A DNA stretch of 64,000 bases from Bryobacteraceae bacterium. Lineage in GTDB: Bacteria; Acidobacteriota; Terriglobia; Bryobacterales; Bryobacteraceae. The stretch spans positions 8,670 through 72,669 of the forward strand of contig DASYAX010000407.1 in NCBI GenBank assembly GCA_036501045.1. The letters are read 5' to 3'. Shown here piece by piece: positions 45,274 through 54,217 of this stretch. The notes below the pieces were generated by a model. The model did no database searches. It saw only the letters and a list, made by a program, of their open reading frames with translations, and was not told where the DNA came from. Each line of letters opens with the position of its first letter. The stretch's first letter is position 1. Both the position numbers and the translations under genes were made by a program.

Positions 45274-46392
45274 GTGGCTCATGCGGTAACGTCGGGTCCG
45301 TTGGGACGCGGCCTTGAAGCCTCCGACCGGTTGGGGTTGGATGGCTGGTCGCCCGGTCACAATCCGGGGGCACACAGCTTGTTTTTGCATCCGGCCGAGC
45401 TGCGGCGGCGGCGCGAGCGATGCCGTGACATCGTCGATCGGTTGCAGGACCGCGAGCGCGAATTCGTGGCCGTCTGCAACATATGTGGATCGGAGCGGAA
45501 CGCGGTAGTCGCGCAGCCCGACCGGTACGGTTTTCCGTCGCGTACGGCGATGTGCCTCAACTGCGGGCTCTTTTATCTGGTGGATCGTTTCAGCGACGCC
45601 GACTATGTAGCATTCTACCGTGATGGGACGTACCGGCGGCTTACGTCGCTGTTCAGCGGCACGGGGCAAGGCATAGGCGATCTGCAAGCCGATCAGGCGC
45701 AATATGCCAAAGAGTTGATCGGAAGCCTGGCCGGATATGTAAGGTTTGGGGCGGGGGTGCGCTTCCTTGATATAGGAGGCAGCACCGGACGGGTGGCGGC
45801 GGAGTTTCAGAACCGGTTCGGCATGAAGGGGACGGTGATCGATCCGGCCGAGGCGGAGGTGGAAGCCGCGAGGAAACTGGGATTGAACGCGGTGGTGGGG
45901 TCCGTCGAGGAATGGCGCACCGAGGAACGGTTCGAGTTGATTCTGCTGTGCCGGTCGATCGAGCACGTGCAGGATTTGCGCAGAGCGTTAGAGCGAATCC
46001 GGCAGTTGCTCGATCCCAACGGACTGCTGTATTGCGACATTGTGGATTTCACCGAAGCCTGCCGGTTGGTGGGCCATCCGGAAGCGGTGACGAAGATCGA
46101 CCATTGCCATTGGATGACGCAGGAATCCGCGCCGGGCATCTTTCGCTCGGTGGGACTGGAGGTGGTTTCGATGAATCTGGCGGTACGCCAGCCGCTGGCG
46201 GGTTTTCTGCTGCGGGCGGGCGAACCCTCGCCCTGCCTCCCGGTGGATCCGCTGCGGAGGGAGCTACAGCTCAGACGATTGCAGCAGAGCGCGTCGGAAT
46301 GGCAGGCGGTGGGTAGAACGCCACGCGATGCCAAGGATTGGCTGCGGCGGAACGCTTACCTGGTGAAGCGCAAATTGCGACGCCTTTTCTGA
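45274..46392 (+). CDS. Class I SAM-dependent methyltransferase with an N-terminal Cys4 zinc-ribbon
   Basis: CNICGS...CLNCG, followed by the FLDIGGSTGR SAM-binding motif. The GTG start is uncertain. Confidence 0.7.
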   Translation: MAHAVTSGPLGRGLEASDRLGLDGWSPGHNPGAHSLFLHPAELRRRRERCRDIVDRLQDREREFVAVCNICGSERNAVVAQPDRYGFPSRTAMCLNCGLFYLVDRFSDADYVAFYRDGTYRRLTSLFSGTGQGIGDLQADQAQYAKELIGSLAGYVRFGAGVRFLDIGGSTGRVAAEFQNRFGMKGTVIDPAEAEVEAARKLGLNAVVGSVEEWRTEERFELILLCRSIEHVQDLRRALERIRQLLDPNGLLYCDIVDFTEACRLVGHPEAVTKIDHCHWMTQESAPGIFRSVGLEVVSMNLAVRQPLAGFLLRAGEPSPCLPVDPLRRELQLRRLQQSASEWQAVGRTPRDAKDWLRRNAYLVKRKLRRLF

Positions 46393-46410
46393 AGGGCGGC
46401 GGGCTGCAAG

Positions 46411-47196
46411 CTAAGGATGGCGATGCAGCACGTGGGTGGCGATATCGGGCCAGAACTCGCGGAAGACGTTGGTGAGCGCATCGCGCATGAGGGAATAGCC
46501 CAACTTGGTAGCAAGCTCGCCGGCGGTACGGTCCGCACTGGGATAGTAGGTCGAAGAAATTCCCTGCGCCATGGCGCGGCCCAATAATTCCGAAGCGTTT
46601 AAGCTGGCGTGGCCGTGATAGTTCGGGGTGATGAGGATGCGGCTGGCCGCATAGATAGCGCGTTTGCCGATGCTGCCCTTTCCCAGGGCGTAATAACGTT
46701 CGTCCTGGTGAAAGAGAGTGGGGAGGGCGAAAATCACCAGATAATTTCCGTCCGTTTTGTCCAGATAGCCGCGCCAGTAATAAGACCAATAGGCGGTGAT
46801 GCCCACGCCAAGCTGTTTGTGGGCCTGCTGGCCATCGGCGATCGCCGAGGTGAAGCCGGTGAAGAGAAACGCCGAATAATCGAAGCTGTTTTGCGTGGCG
46901 ATTTTAAAAGCTTGTTTCAGGGTGGGGGGCGGCGGGATGGCGCCAGCGCTGACGGCGCGGTAATTGGGCATGACGCCGAGAATGCGCTTGGGCTGGCGCT
47001 TCGATTTTGGAACCGCCTCGTCGCCTGTTTTGGGCTGATCGGGCGCCGGCGGGGTTGGTGTTTGCTGGTCCGCGTAAAAGGAGGCCACCAGATGGACGGC
47101 GTGAACCGCCGCGAAGGCGCTCGAGCGATAGCCGCTCGGTTGGCCGAAGGAGCTGGTCGCCATCGATAGAAGGGCGAGCGACAATACGAAACGCAT
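46411..47196 (-). CDS. Hypothetical secreted protein
   Basis: Start taken at the internal ATG 47196 (MRFVLSLALLSMATSSFGQ signal). No recognised motifs. Confidence 0.5.
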   Translation of the reverse strand: MRFVLSLALLSMATSSFGQPSGYRSSAFAAVHAVHLVASFYADQQTPTPPAPDQPKTGDEAVPKSKRQPKRILGVMPNYRAVSAGAIPPPPTLKQAFKIATQNSFDYSAFLFTGFTSAIADGQQAHKQLGVGITAYWSYYWRGYLDKTDGNYLVIFALPTLFHQDERYYALGKGSIGKRAIYAASRILITPNYHGHASLNASELLGRAMAQGISSTYYPSADRTAGELATKLGYSLMRDALTNVFREFWPDIATHVLHRHP

Positions 47197-47364
47197 ACGA
47201 AACGAGACGGCAATATTGTGAGTGCGCGGGATTTTTAGCCTCTTTGCAATGGCGTGAAGCACCATGGTCGCATAGCGAGGGTGGCCGCCCCCGAGGCACT
47301 ACAATTCTTGACCTAAATTTTCGCGGCTAGCGTCTACAGATGACTTTATTCGACTGCGAAGCAA

Positions 47365-50300
47365 GTGAAGATGCGTTTACCGATTTTTCCGCGCGTGGCA
47401 CTGTTGGCCGGCACCGCTCTCTTACTCGCCCGGCCGGCGGCTCTGCAGGCGCAGACAATCAGCATCGATTGCGGCTCGTTTCAGAGCTATACGGGCGCCG
47501 ACGGCACCGTTTGGCAGGCGGACCGCTACTATACAGGCGGTCAGCAACTTTACTCAAGCTACGGAGTTGGCGGCAGCGCTGACTCGTTGCTTTATCGCAC
47601 CGGGCGAGCCGGCTATTACGGCGATTTCAGCTATTCCATTCCGGTTTCGAACGGCCAGTACAGCGTCAGCTTGAAGTTTGCCGAGACACAATATTCGGCA
47701 GCCGGGCAGCGGGTATTCAATGTCACGATCAACGGCACTCAGGTATTGAGTAATTTCGATATCGTGGCGCAGGGCGGGTATTTTTCGGCCATCGAACGGA
47801 CGTTTTCGACTACCGCGACCGCGAGTGCGATTCAAATAACGGTGCATGGCGTGGTGAACCTGGGTCTGCTGAGCGCGCTTCAGATTACACCTGTCGCGTC
47901 GGGCGGAGGCAGCCCGCCGCCGGCGGGGGGAACGCAGGCGGTCCAAATCGATTGCGGCGCATTTCAGAGCTATACGGGCGCGGACGGAACGGTCTGGGCG
48001 AAAGATCAGTACTACGCGGGCGGAACGCCGTTTTATGCGGGATATCCGGCGGGAGGCACGGCGGATCCGGCCTTATATGGCACAGCGCGCACCGGCTTTG
48101 ACGGCAATTTCAGCTATGCGATTCCGGTTGGAAACGGGGCCTATAGGGTCACTTTGAAATTCGCGGAAATTCAATATTGGGCGCCGGGCCAGCGAATTTT
48201 CAATGTTTCGCTGAATGGCACGCCGGTTTTGAGCAACTTCGACGTCGTGGCGCAGGGCGGCTATTTCAAGGCGATTGACCGGCAATTTACGACCACAGTG
48301 GCAAACGGTTTGGTGCAGATCGGCGTGACGGGCGTGGTGAATACCGGGCTGCTGAATGCGATTCAGATCGTGCCGGCGGGCGGGACGACGACGCCACCGG
48401 TGTCGACGCCGGTGCTGCAGATTTCTCAAACCAGTTTGACGTTTGCGGGGGCGCCGGGAGGAGCAAATCCGGCGGCGCAGAGCGTGAACATTACGAATAC
48501 CGGCGGCGGGACGCTTAATTGGACGGCGGCGACGAACCAGGGATGGCTGACGGTTGCGACCGGCGCGGGGACCGCGCCCAGCACGCTATCAATCAACGCG
48601 GCCTCTTCGGGTCTGGCGGCGGGCACTTATACGGGTACGGTAACGATCAGCGCGACGGGAGCGAGCGGATCGCCGCAGACGGTCGGGGTGACGTTGAACG
48701 TGACGGCGGCGCCCGCGGTCTTGACGCTTTCGACGCACGCGCTTGGCTTTTCGGGGCTCGCGGGCGGAGCGGATCCGGCGGCGCAAAGCGTGAACATTAC
48801 GAATGCGGGTGGCGGAACTTTGAACTGGACAGCGAGCAAGACGCAACCGTGGCTTACGTTATCGGCTGGATCGGGGAGCGCGCCGGGCGCGCTGTCGGTG
48901 GGCGTTTCGATTGCCGGGCTAGCGGCGGGGAGCTATAGCGACGTGGTCACGGTTGCGGCACCGAGCGCGGGCGTGGCGGCGCAGGCGGTGAGTGTTACGC
49001 TCGCGATTGCCGGCACCCAGAGCACGAGCAGTCAACATTACGTCTCACCGAGCGGCTCGTCGAGCGGCGATGGCAGCATCACCAGGCCGTGGGACTTACC
49101 GACGGCGCTGAGCGGACCGAGCTCGGTCCACCCAGGGGACACGATTTGGATTCGAGGCGGGACCTATGGCAACGGCCGGGGCGTTTTCTACAGTTCGCTG
49201 GTGGGAACGGCGGCGGCGCCGATCATCGTCAAGCAATACCCGGGTGAACGGGCGACCATCGATGGCTGGCTGCAAGTCGGCTGCTGCGACCAGAATCCGC
49301 ATCCGAACCAGGGCGCTTATGTGTGGTTTTGGGGACTGGAATTCGCCAGCTCGATTACCGACCGTACCGGACAGCCGGACGGGCCGCCGGCGTACGGGCA
49401 ATCGGCGGTGCTCGATTCGATCGATACCTGGGCGCCGGGTTCGAAGTTCATCAACAACGTGATTCACGATACGCGCATGGGCCCCGCGATGTGGAAAGAG
49501 GCGACCGGCGCGGAAGCGTACGGCAACATTGTTTACGACAACGGCTTTCAGGCGAGCGATCGGGGGCATGGGCACGGCTTCTATCTGCAGAACAACAGCC
49601 CGACCATGAGCGTGAGCGACAACTTCAGCTTCAATAATTTCGATAACGGGCTGCAGGCCTACGGATCGGATGCCGCGATTGTGCGGAATATCACTGTACA
49701 AGGGAACATCATGTTCAACAACGGCATCATCGCGGCGGGCCGGCCGGTGGCGGACGATGTTATTTTCGCCTGGACCGGAGGGCTTTCCGGCATGCAGTTG
49801 CTGAACAATTATTTTTACAACACGCCGTCACGGGACCTCGGCTATAACGAGCTTGGATGGGCCAGTCCCAACGCGGATCTGGTGGCACAGAACAACTATT
49901 TCATGGGCGGGTTCGAATCGCTCGCGCTGAGCGACTGGCAGTCGGTGAATTTTCAGAACAATACGGTGTACTCGCAGGACAAATTCACCGTCGTGCTGAA
50001 CACCAACAGTACGGCTTCGAACTGGGCGTGGGACAACAACACGTATTACGGGTCCGGCTTGTTTTTGGATAACGGCAACAGCGGAACGTACGCCAGTTGG
50101 CCCGGATGGACGCACTTCGACGTGCACAGCGTTTACCGGCCGGGCGCGCCGACGGGGATTTGGACGTTCGTGCGGCCGAACAAGTACGAACCAGGACGCG
50201 CAAACATTGCGATCTACAACTGGGATTTGGCGAGCTCGGTGGCGGTGGATATCAGCTCGGCCATGGCGGCGGGCACGCGCTATGAGGTGCGCGATGCGCA

Positions 50301-50475
50301 GAACTTCTATGGGAGTCCAGTGGCCATGGGCACGTATACGGGGACGTCGATTCAGATTCCCATGACGGGACTGAGCATCGCGGCGCCGAACGGCAATGTG
50401 CCGAGTCCGCCGATTCACACGGCGCCGCAGTTCGGCACGTTTGTGCTGCTGCCTCTGCCCTACCGGTCTAGATGA
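47365..50475 (+). CDS. Large secreted protein: 2 malectin-like domains, 2 BACON-like Ig repeats and a C-terminal right-handed beta-helix domain
   Basis: Signal peptide. IDCG[SA]FQSYTGADGTVW...FNV[TS][IL]NGT.VLSNFD[IV]VAQGGYF occurs twice. NITN[TA]GGGTLNWTA...WL...G.Y repeats occur twice. The C-terminal ~480 aa are paralogous to 60221-61789. Confidence 0.8.
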   Translation: MKMRLPIFPRVALLAGTALLLARPAALQAQTISIDCGSFQSYTGADGTVWQADRYYTGGQQLYSSYGVGGSADSLLYRTGRAGYYGDFSYSIPVSNGQYSVSLKFAETQYSAAGQRVFNVTINGTQVLSNFDIVAQGGYFSAIERTFSTTATASAIQITVHGVVNLGLLSALQITPVASGGGSPPPAGGTQAVQIDCGAFQSYTGADGTVWAKDQYYAGGTPFYAGYPAGGTADPALYGTARTGFDGNFSYAIPVGNGAYRVTLKFAEIQYWAPGQRIFNVSLNGTPVLSNFDVVAQGGYFKAIDRQFTTTVANGLVQIGVTGVVNTGLLNAIQIVPAGGTTTPPVSTPVLQISQTSLTFAGAPGGANPAAQSVNITNTGGGTLNWTAATNQGWLTVATGAGTAPSTLSINAASSGLAAGTYTGTVTISATGASGSPQTVGVTLNVTAAPAVLTLSTHALGFSGLAGGADPAAQSVNITNAGGGTLNWTASKTQPWLTLSAGSGSAPGALSVGVSIAGLAAGSYSDVVTVAAPSAGVAAQAVSVTLAIAGTQSTSSQHYVSPSGSSSGDGSITRPWDLPTALSGPSSVHPGDTIWIRGGTYGNGRGVFYSSLVGTAAAPIIVKQYPGERATIDGWLQVGCCDQNPHPNQGAYVWFWGLEFASSITDRTGQPDGPPAYGQSAVLDSIDTWAPGSKFINNVIHDTRMGPAMWKEATGAEAYGNIVYDNGFQASDRGHGHGFYLQNNSPTMSVSDNFSFNNFDNGLQAYGSDAAIVRNITVQGNIMFNNGIIAAGRPVADDVIFAWTGGLSGMQLLNNYFYNTPSRDLGYNELGWASPNADLVAQNNYFMGGFESLALSDWQSVNFQNNTVYSQDKFTVVLNTNSTASNWAWDNNTYYGSGLFLDNGNSGTYASWPGWTHFDVHSVYRPGAPTGIWTFVRPNKYEPGRANIAIYNWDLASSVAVDISSAMAAGTRYEVRDAQNFYGSPVAMGTYTGTSIQIPMTGLSIAAPNGNVPSPPIHTAPQFGTFVLLPLPYRSR
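47455..48376 (+). repeat. Intragenic tandem duplication (two ~145-aa malectin-like units, ~480-nt period)
   Basis: The units start near 47455 and 47935. Long identical peptide stretches include FQSYTGADGTVW and VLSNFD.VAQGGYF. Confidence 0.7.
48409..49012 (+). repeat. Intragenic tandem duplication (two ~100-aa BACON-like units)
   Basis: PAAQSVNITN.GGGTLNWTA occurs twice, about 300 nt apart. Confidence 0.7.
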
Positions 50476-51509
50476 AGCCCAAGCGCGCTCGAGAGGCGGT
50501 GCTTCCAACCGGCGCGGAAGCGGATCAAGCCAGCCAAAAAACCGGCTCCGTAGGCGACGTGCAGCACGGCGAAGGAAAACATGATTCCGGGACGGAGCGG
50601 CTGGTCCGGCGGAGGAGCGATTTTTACGGCGGCGAGGGCGGCTGCGCCGGTGTAGGCGACAGCCACGGTTCCTAGCAGCACGCGCGGGAGACGGAAAAAG
50701 GGCGCAGCGCCTAGCAGAGTCGCCAAGCCGAGCACGAAGCAGGCTGGAACGAACTGGCGAGGCTGCATCTGCCTGGGATGCTTCTGCATGACGCGCACTT
50801 TCCAAAGGCCGTATTCGTAATACTGGCGCCAGAGAGACGAGACGGTGCCGCGGTTGAAATATTGGGAACGAATGAGCGGAGTGAGCAGGACACGGCCGCC
50901 GCGCTCGCGCAAGCGATAATTCAGCTCGTCGTCCTGATTGCGGACTTGCTCCTCGTCGAAACCACCGATCCAATCGAAAACGGCGCGCGGCCAAGCGCCG
51001 AGATAGACGGTATCGACCCATTCTTCGCGGTTTGAATAATGGAAGCGCGCGCCGCCCACACCGAAGGGCGATGAGGTGGCGAGCGCGACGGCTTTACCGA
51101 AGGGCGTCGTGCCCACGGGAGACATGCGGCCGCCGGCGTTGTGAGCGCCGCTGCGCTGTAAGGCTTCGACGCATTGCCTGACGTAATCGCGCTCGACGAC
51201 GGTGTGGCCATCGACGCGCACGATCACATCGCCGCGGGCGTGCGCCAAGGCGATATTCAGTCCGGCGCTGACGAAGCGTTGGGGATTATCGAGGATGGTA
51301 ACGGCGGGCGAGGGGGAGGCGGCGGTAGCGGCGGCGATTACTTGGCGGGTGGCATCCTCCGATTGCCCGTCGGCGATGAGAAGCTCCATGCGATCAAGCG
51401 GAAAATCCTGCTCGAGGATGGCGGATACGGTTCGTTCGATGAAGCTTGCTTCGTTACGGATCGCGAGGATCACGCTGACAAAAGGGGACTCTGGCAAGGA
51501 CGGAATCAT
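50460..51509 (-). CDS. Glycosyltransferase family 2 (ExoA-like) with C-terminal TM helices
   Basis: FVSVILAIRNEASFIERTVSAILEQDFP, VDGH and QDDELNYRL. The C-terminus is hydrophobic. The 3' end overlaps the convergent gene by 16 nt. Confidence 0.85.
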   Translation of the reverse strand: MIPSLPESPFVSVILAIRNEASFIERTVSAILEQDFPLDRMELLIADGQSEDATRQVIAAATAASPSPAVTILDNPQRFVSAGLNIALAHARGDVIVRVDGHTVVERDYVRQCVEALQRSGAHNAGGRMSPVGTTPFGKAVALATSSPFGVGGARFHYSNREEWVDTVYLGAWPRAVFDWIGGFDEEQVRNQDDELNYRLRERGGRVLLTPLIRSQYFNRGTVSSLWRQYYEYGLWKVRVMQKHPRQMQPRQFVPACFVLGLATLLGAAPFFRLPRVLLGTVAVAYTGAAALAAVKIAPPPDQPLRPGIMFSFAVLHVAYGAGFLAGLIRFRAGWKHRLSSALGLHLDR

Positions 51510-51544
51510 GCCTAAAGGAATTATCGGGAAAAGAAGCGTAAAGC

Positions 51545-51581
51545 GGAAGAAAAAGAAAATGGGCGGGGGAGAGCCCCGCCC
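51545..51581 (-). terminator. Rho-independent terminator after the PEP-CTERM gene
   Basis: Minus strand: GGGCGGGG-CTCTC-CCCCGCCC (8-bp GC stem, 51561-51581) followed by ATTTTCTTTTTCTTCC. It lies 31 nt after the stop codon. Confidence 0.7.
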
Positions 51582-51611
51582 ATAAGATTAAAAAGCGAAC
51601 AAATTGAAGAA

Positions 51612-52376
51612 TTAGCTCCGGCGACGGCGCAACGTGGCCAGACCTAATAGACCCATCCCGAGAAACGCGATGCTGGCCGGTTCCGGGGTCGCTACCGTGG
51701 CGGGCATGATGTCAAAGTTCGCGATGCGGTTGTTGCCGCTCCCGCCGCCTACGGGCGTTGAATCGACGAACAAGTCGAGGCCAATAGAGGCGCCGACATC
51801 AATGCCCGGGAGAGTGAGAGTCAGGGTTGGGACCTGGAGCCATTGGCCGTCGGTTGGAACGGTAATAGCAAAGCCCGACCCGATGTCGAGGCCATTTGCA
51901 GTGAAGTACAGGATGATAGTCCCTACTGGCGCCGTCGGGGTAGTGTTGTCCGATGGCAAGGTGCTAGGCGTACCAACCCACAGATTACTCAGCACGTATG
52001 TATTTGCCGAGCTATAAGTGCCAAGTCCAGTTTGCGTCAAATGGCCCGATCCCTCTACGTTGGTTGGGCTGGTTGCCGCATGGGTCCCGTCGGGAACAAT
52101 CTTGCCGCCGGTCAAGCCGTCCGAACCAGCGGTATATTGAGCACTTGTGACCGTGTAAGAAGTGAATCCCGGGGTCGGGCTGCCGGTGCATGTCCAGCCA
52201 ACCGGACAACCGACGGTATCGCCGGGCTGGACGGGTTGGTTTCCTGCCTCAAAGGAAGGATTGGCTACCAGAGTGCCTAAATCGATAGTGGCGCCGTACG
52301 CGTTTGCCGAAGCAAAGAGGCATGCGAACGCGACGGGGAGCATCAGAGCTCCCCGTACAGAGATTATTTTTTTCAT
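51612..52376 (-). CDS. PEP-CTERM sorting-signal protein (Thr/Ser/Gly-rich, jelly-roll-like N-terminal part)
   Basis: Start at the internal ATG 52376 (MKKIISVRGALMLPVAFACLFASANA). The C-terminus VATPEPASIAFLGMGLLGLATLRRRRS has the PEP motif, a TM helix and a basic tail. NPSFEAG occurs near the N-terminus. Confidence 0.85.
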   Translation of the reverse strand: MKKIISVRGALMLPVAFACLFASANAYGATIDLGTLVANPSFEAGNQPVQPGDTVGCPVGWTCTGSPTPGFTSYTVTSAQYTAGSDGLTGGKIVPDGTHAATSPTNVEGSGHLTQTGLGTYSSANTYVLSNLWVGTPSTLPSDNTTPTAPVGTIILYFTANGLDIGSGFAITVPTDGQWLQVPTLTLTLPGIDVGASIGLDLFVDSTPVGGGSGNNRIANFDIMPATVATPEPASIAFLGMGLLGLATLRRRRS

Positions 52377-52530
52377 TTTTCCTCCTGAGTAACTACCAAA
52401 GCTGTTGCGACAAAGTGAAGGGATCCAAGGATCAACGCGAGTATTTCCAATCGTCGATGGGTTTGAGTCCGACAAAAAGCAAAGTTCCCCGAGCCCTTAA
52501 TTCCAGAGAATTTCGGGCAGTATCGGGTCG

Positions 52531-52560
52531 ATTATACTAGCAAGGAGACGCGTTTGTATC
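52531..52560 (-). promoter_or_regulatory. Candidate sigma70-type promoter for the PEP-CTERM gene
   Basis: Minus strand: GATACA (52560-52555), an 18-nt spacer, then a perfect TATAAT (52536-52531), about 150 nt upstream of the ATG. Confidence 0.3.
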
Positions 52561-52641
52561 GGGGGAGAAGTGCTGGTACTGCCATGACTTAGCTCCAGTT
52601 AGCGAAGTACCAGGATCTATCACGCAGGGCAGAAAAACTGT

Positions 52642-53505
52642 TTACGTTTGACTCGCGCCGATGCGCTGCCTGGCAGTGCATTCGACCTGCGCCATGGTTT
52701 CGAAGGTTAGTTTGCCGTGCGCGCGCTCGCGCTCGAAGGTAGCGAAAAAGCGGCCCAGCAGCTCGGCCGATTCGACATTCGGGGTAGCGTGCGCGAGGGC
52801 TTGGTTCGGATGGGCGTAAAGGACAACCAAGCTGTCGGTATCAAGGTAGCGGCGCACCAAGCTTACGGCGGTGTCGCCGAAGCCGGTGGCATGCAGCGGG
52901 ACGGCGACCAAGCCATGGAAGAGAAACGGCACGGGAAGGTAGCCGTTGGTCATGCGGAGTTTGTCGGCGATTCCTCGAAAGGTATTGCGAAAGCTGACCC
53001 GGCACCAGCCGAAGCCCAAGCGCTGGAGGGTAGTGAGCAGGGTGCCGATGCTTTGGCGTCCGCGTCCGCGTCCTTGCAAGCCGAAGCATTCCGAGAAGCT
53101 GATGGCGCCTTTATGCGGGAAATGGGACGGCCGGTTAAAGGGTGGAATGTAGCCTCGAATGCTTTTGCCGATACAGGCTTCGAGGGCCTCTTTGCTGGCT
53201 TTTGTATCGTCGAAGAGCTGCTCGCTGCGCATGGGCGGGAGGAAGCGATGATACATGGAATGCGAGGCGATTTCATGTCCGGCTGCATGCAGGCGGCGGA
53301 TTTGATCGGGACAATGATCAGGCGGCTCGCCGGGTAAGGCGACCAACCCGACCACGGCGAAGGTGGCTTTGACGTCTTCGGCGGCCAGCACTTTGAGAAG
53401 CGCTTCGGTGCCTTCAAGGTCGGCGGCGGGGTGATAATCCTTCTTGCCGAAGGATTCCCGATAGCCAGCGGGCGAATCGTAATCGAAGGAAATGGCGACC
53501 CGCAT
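52642..53505 (-). CDS. Polysaccharide deacetylase family protein (CE4)
   Basis: Start at MRVAISFDYDS. FDYD and HEIASHSMYH (H-S-x-x-H) are the CE4 metal motifs. Confidence 0.8.
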   Translation of the reverse strand: MRVAISFDYDSPAGYRESFGKKDYHPAADLEGTEALLKVLAAEDVKATFAVVGLVALPGEPPDHCPDQIRRLHAAGHEIASHSMYHRFLPPMRSEQLFDDTKASKEALEACIGKSIRGYIPPFNRPSHFPHKGAISFSECFGLQGRGRGRQSIGTLLTTLQRLGFGWCRVSFRNTFRGIADKLRMTNGYLPVPFLFHGLVAVPLHATGFGDTAVSLVRRYLDTDSLVVLYAHPNQALAHATPNVESAELLGRFFATFERERAHGKLTFETMAQVECTARQRIGASQT

Positions 53506-53521
53506 TGCTAGATGATAGTGC

Positions 53522-54217
53522 TCATCGCTTGGTGGCGACAACACAATACTGCGCGCCGAAGGGTAGGTGGAGTAGGGCGGGCTCCAGCACGCGCAAGGGC
53601 GCCAGGGCGCGGGGAAAATAAAAAAGGAAGCGAACGGCGTGGGAAATGGCGAAACCGCCTTCGCGGACTAATGCTTTAGTTTCGAGATAGGAGAGGGTTT
53701 TCGCATCGCGATCGAACGGGATGCGGCGCATGACCATGCGGGTGCCTGGATTCCAGGGATTGTTTTCGAATAAGGCGAAATAGCCGCCGGGCGCCAAGGC
53801 GGTATGGATGGCGCGTACGGCCTCGAGGCGGCGTGGGAGCTCGATGTGATGAAAGACTCCGTTCACGTAGCAGAGCTCGAAGGGCGCTTCGCCAGGGAGC
53901 GATTCGATGGCGCCGAAACGGACATTAGAGGCGCGGTGCCGGCGGCCGGCCAGCTCGATGGCGGGGGCGGCGGTATCGACACCGACCACCGTAGCTCCCG
54001 GAAACGTTTGCGCCAGATGAGCGGAAGACTCGCCGGTACCGCAACCGAAGTCGAGAATGCGCGAGGGTTTGAAGCCGGAGGGCAGACAGCGGGCGAGATC
54101 GGCAATACGGGCGCGCATGAAGTAGGCGGGATCTTCGCCGGAGAGGCCGACGCCCATGCGCAGCATCTCCTCATACTGCTCGCTCAGGTCGAACAGGTCG
54201 TTGGCGTTGCCGGTCAT
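53522..54217 (-). CDS. Class I SAM-dependent methyltransferase
   Basis: Start at the internal ATG 54217 (MTGNAND), which forms ATGA with the upstream stop. ILDFGCGTGESS is the SAM motif. Confidence 0.8.
   Translation of the reverse strand: MTGNANDLFDLSEQYEEMLRMGVGLSGEDPAYFMRARIADLARCLPSGFKPSRILDFGCGTGESSAHLAQTFPGATVVGVDTAAPAIELAGRRHRASNVRFGAIESLPGEAPFELCYVNGVFHHIELPRRLEAVRAIHTALAPGGYFALFENNPWNPGTRMVMRRIPFDRDAKTLSYLETKALVREGGFAISHAVRFLFYFPRALAPLRVLEPALLHLPFGAQYCVVATKR

Noticed and set aside
45274-46392. The zinc-ribbon methyltransferase as a notable novelty.
   Set aside because: N-terminal Cys4 ribbons on class I methyltransferases are common in polysaccharide loci. It is kept as a feature only.
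52570-52584. Sigma54-like element TGGCAGTACCAGCAC (minus strand) upstream of the PEP-CTERM gene.
   Set aside because: The spacing between the GG and GC dinucleotides is 2 nt shorter than in the TGGCAC-N5-TTGC consensus, and the -12 region lacks TTGC.
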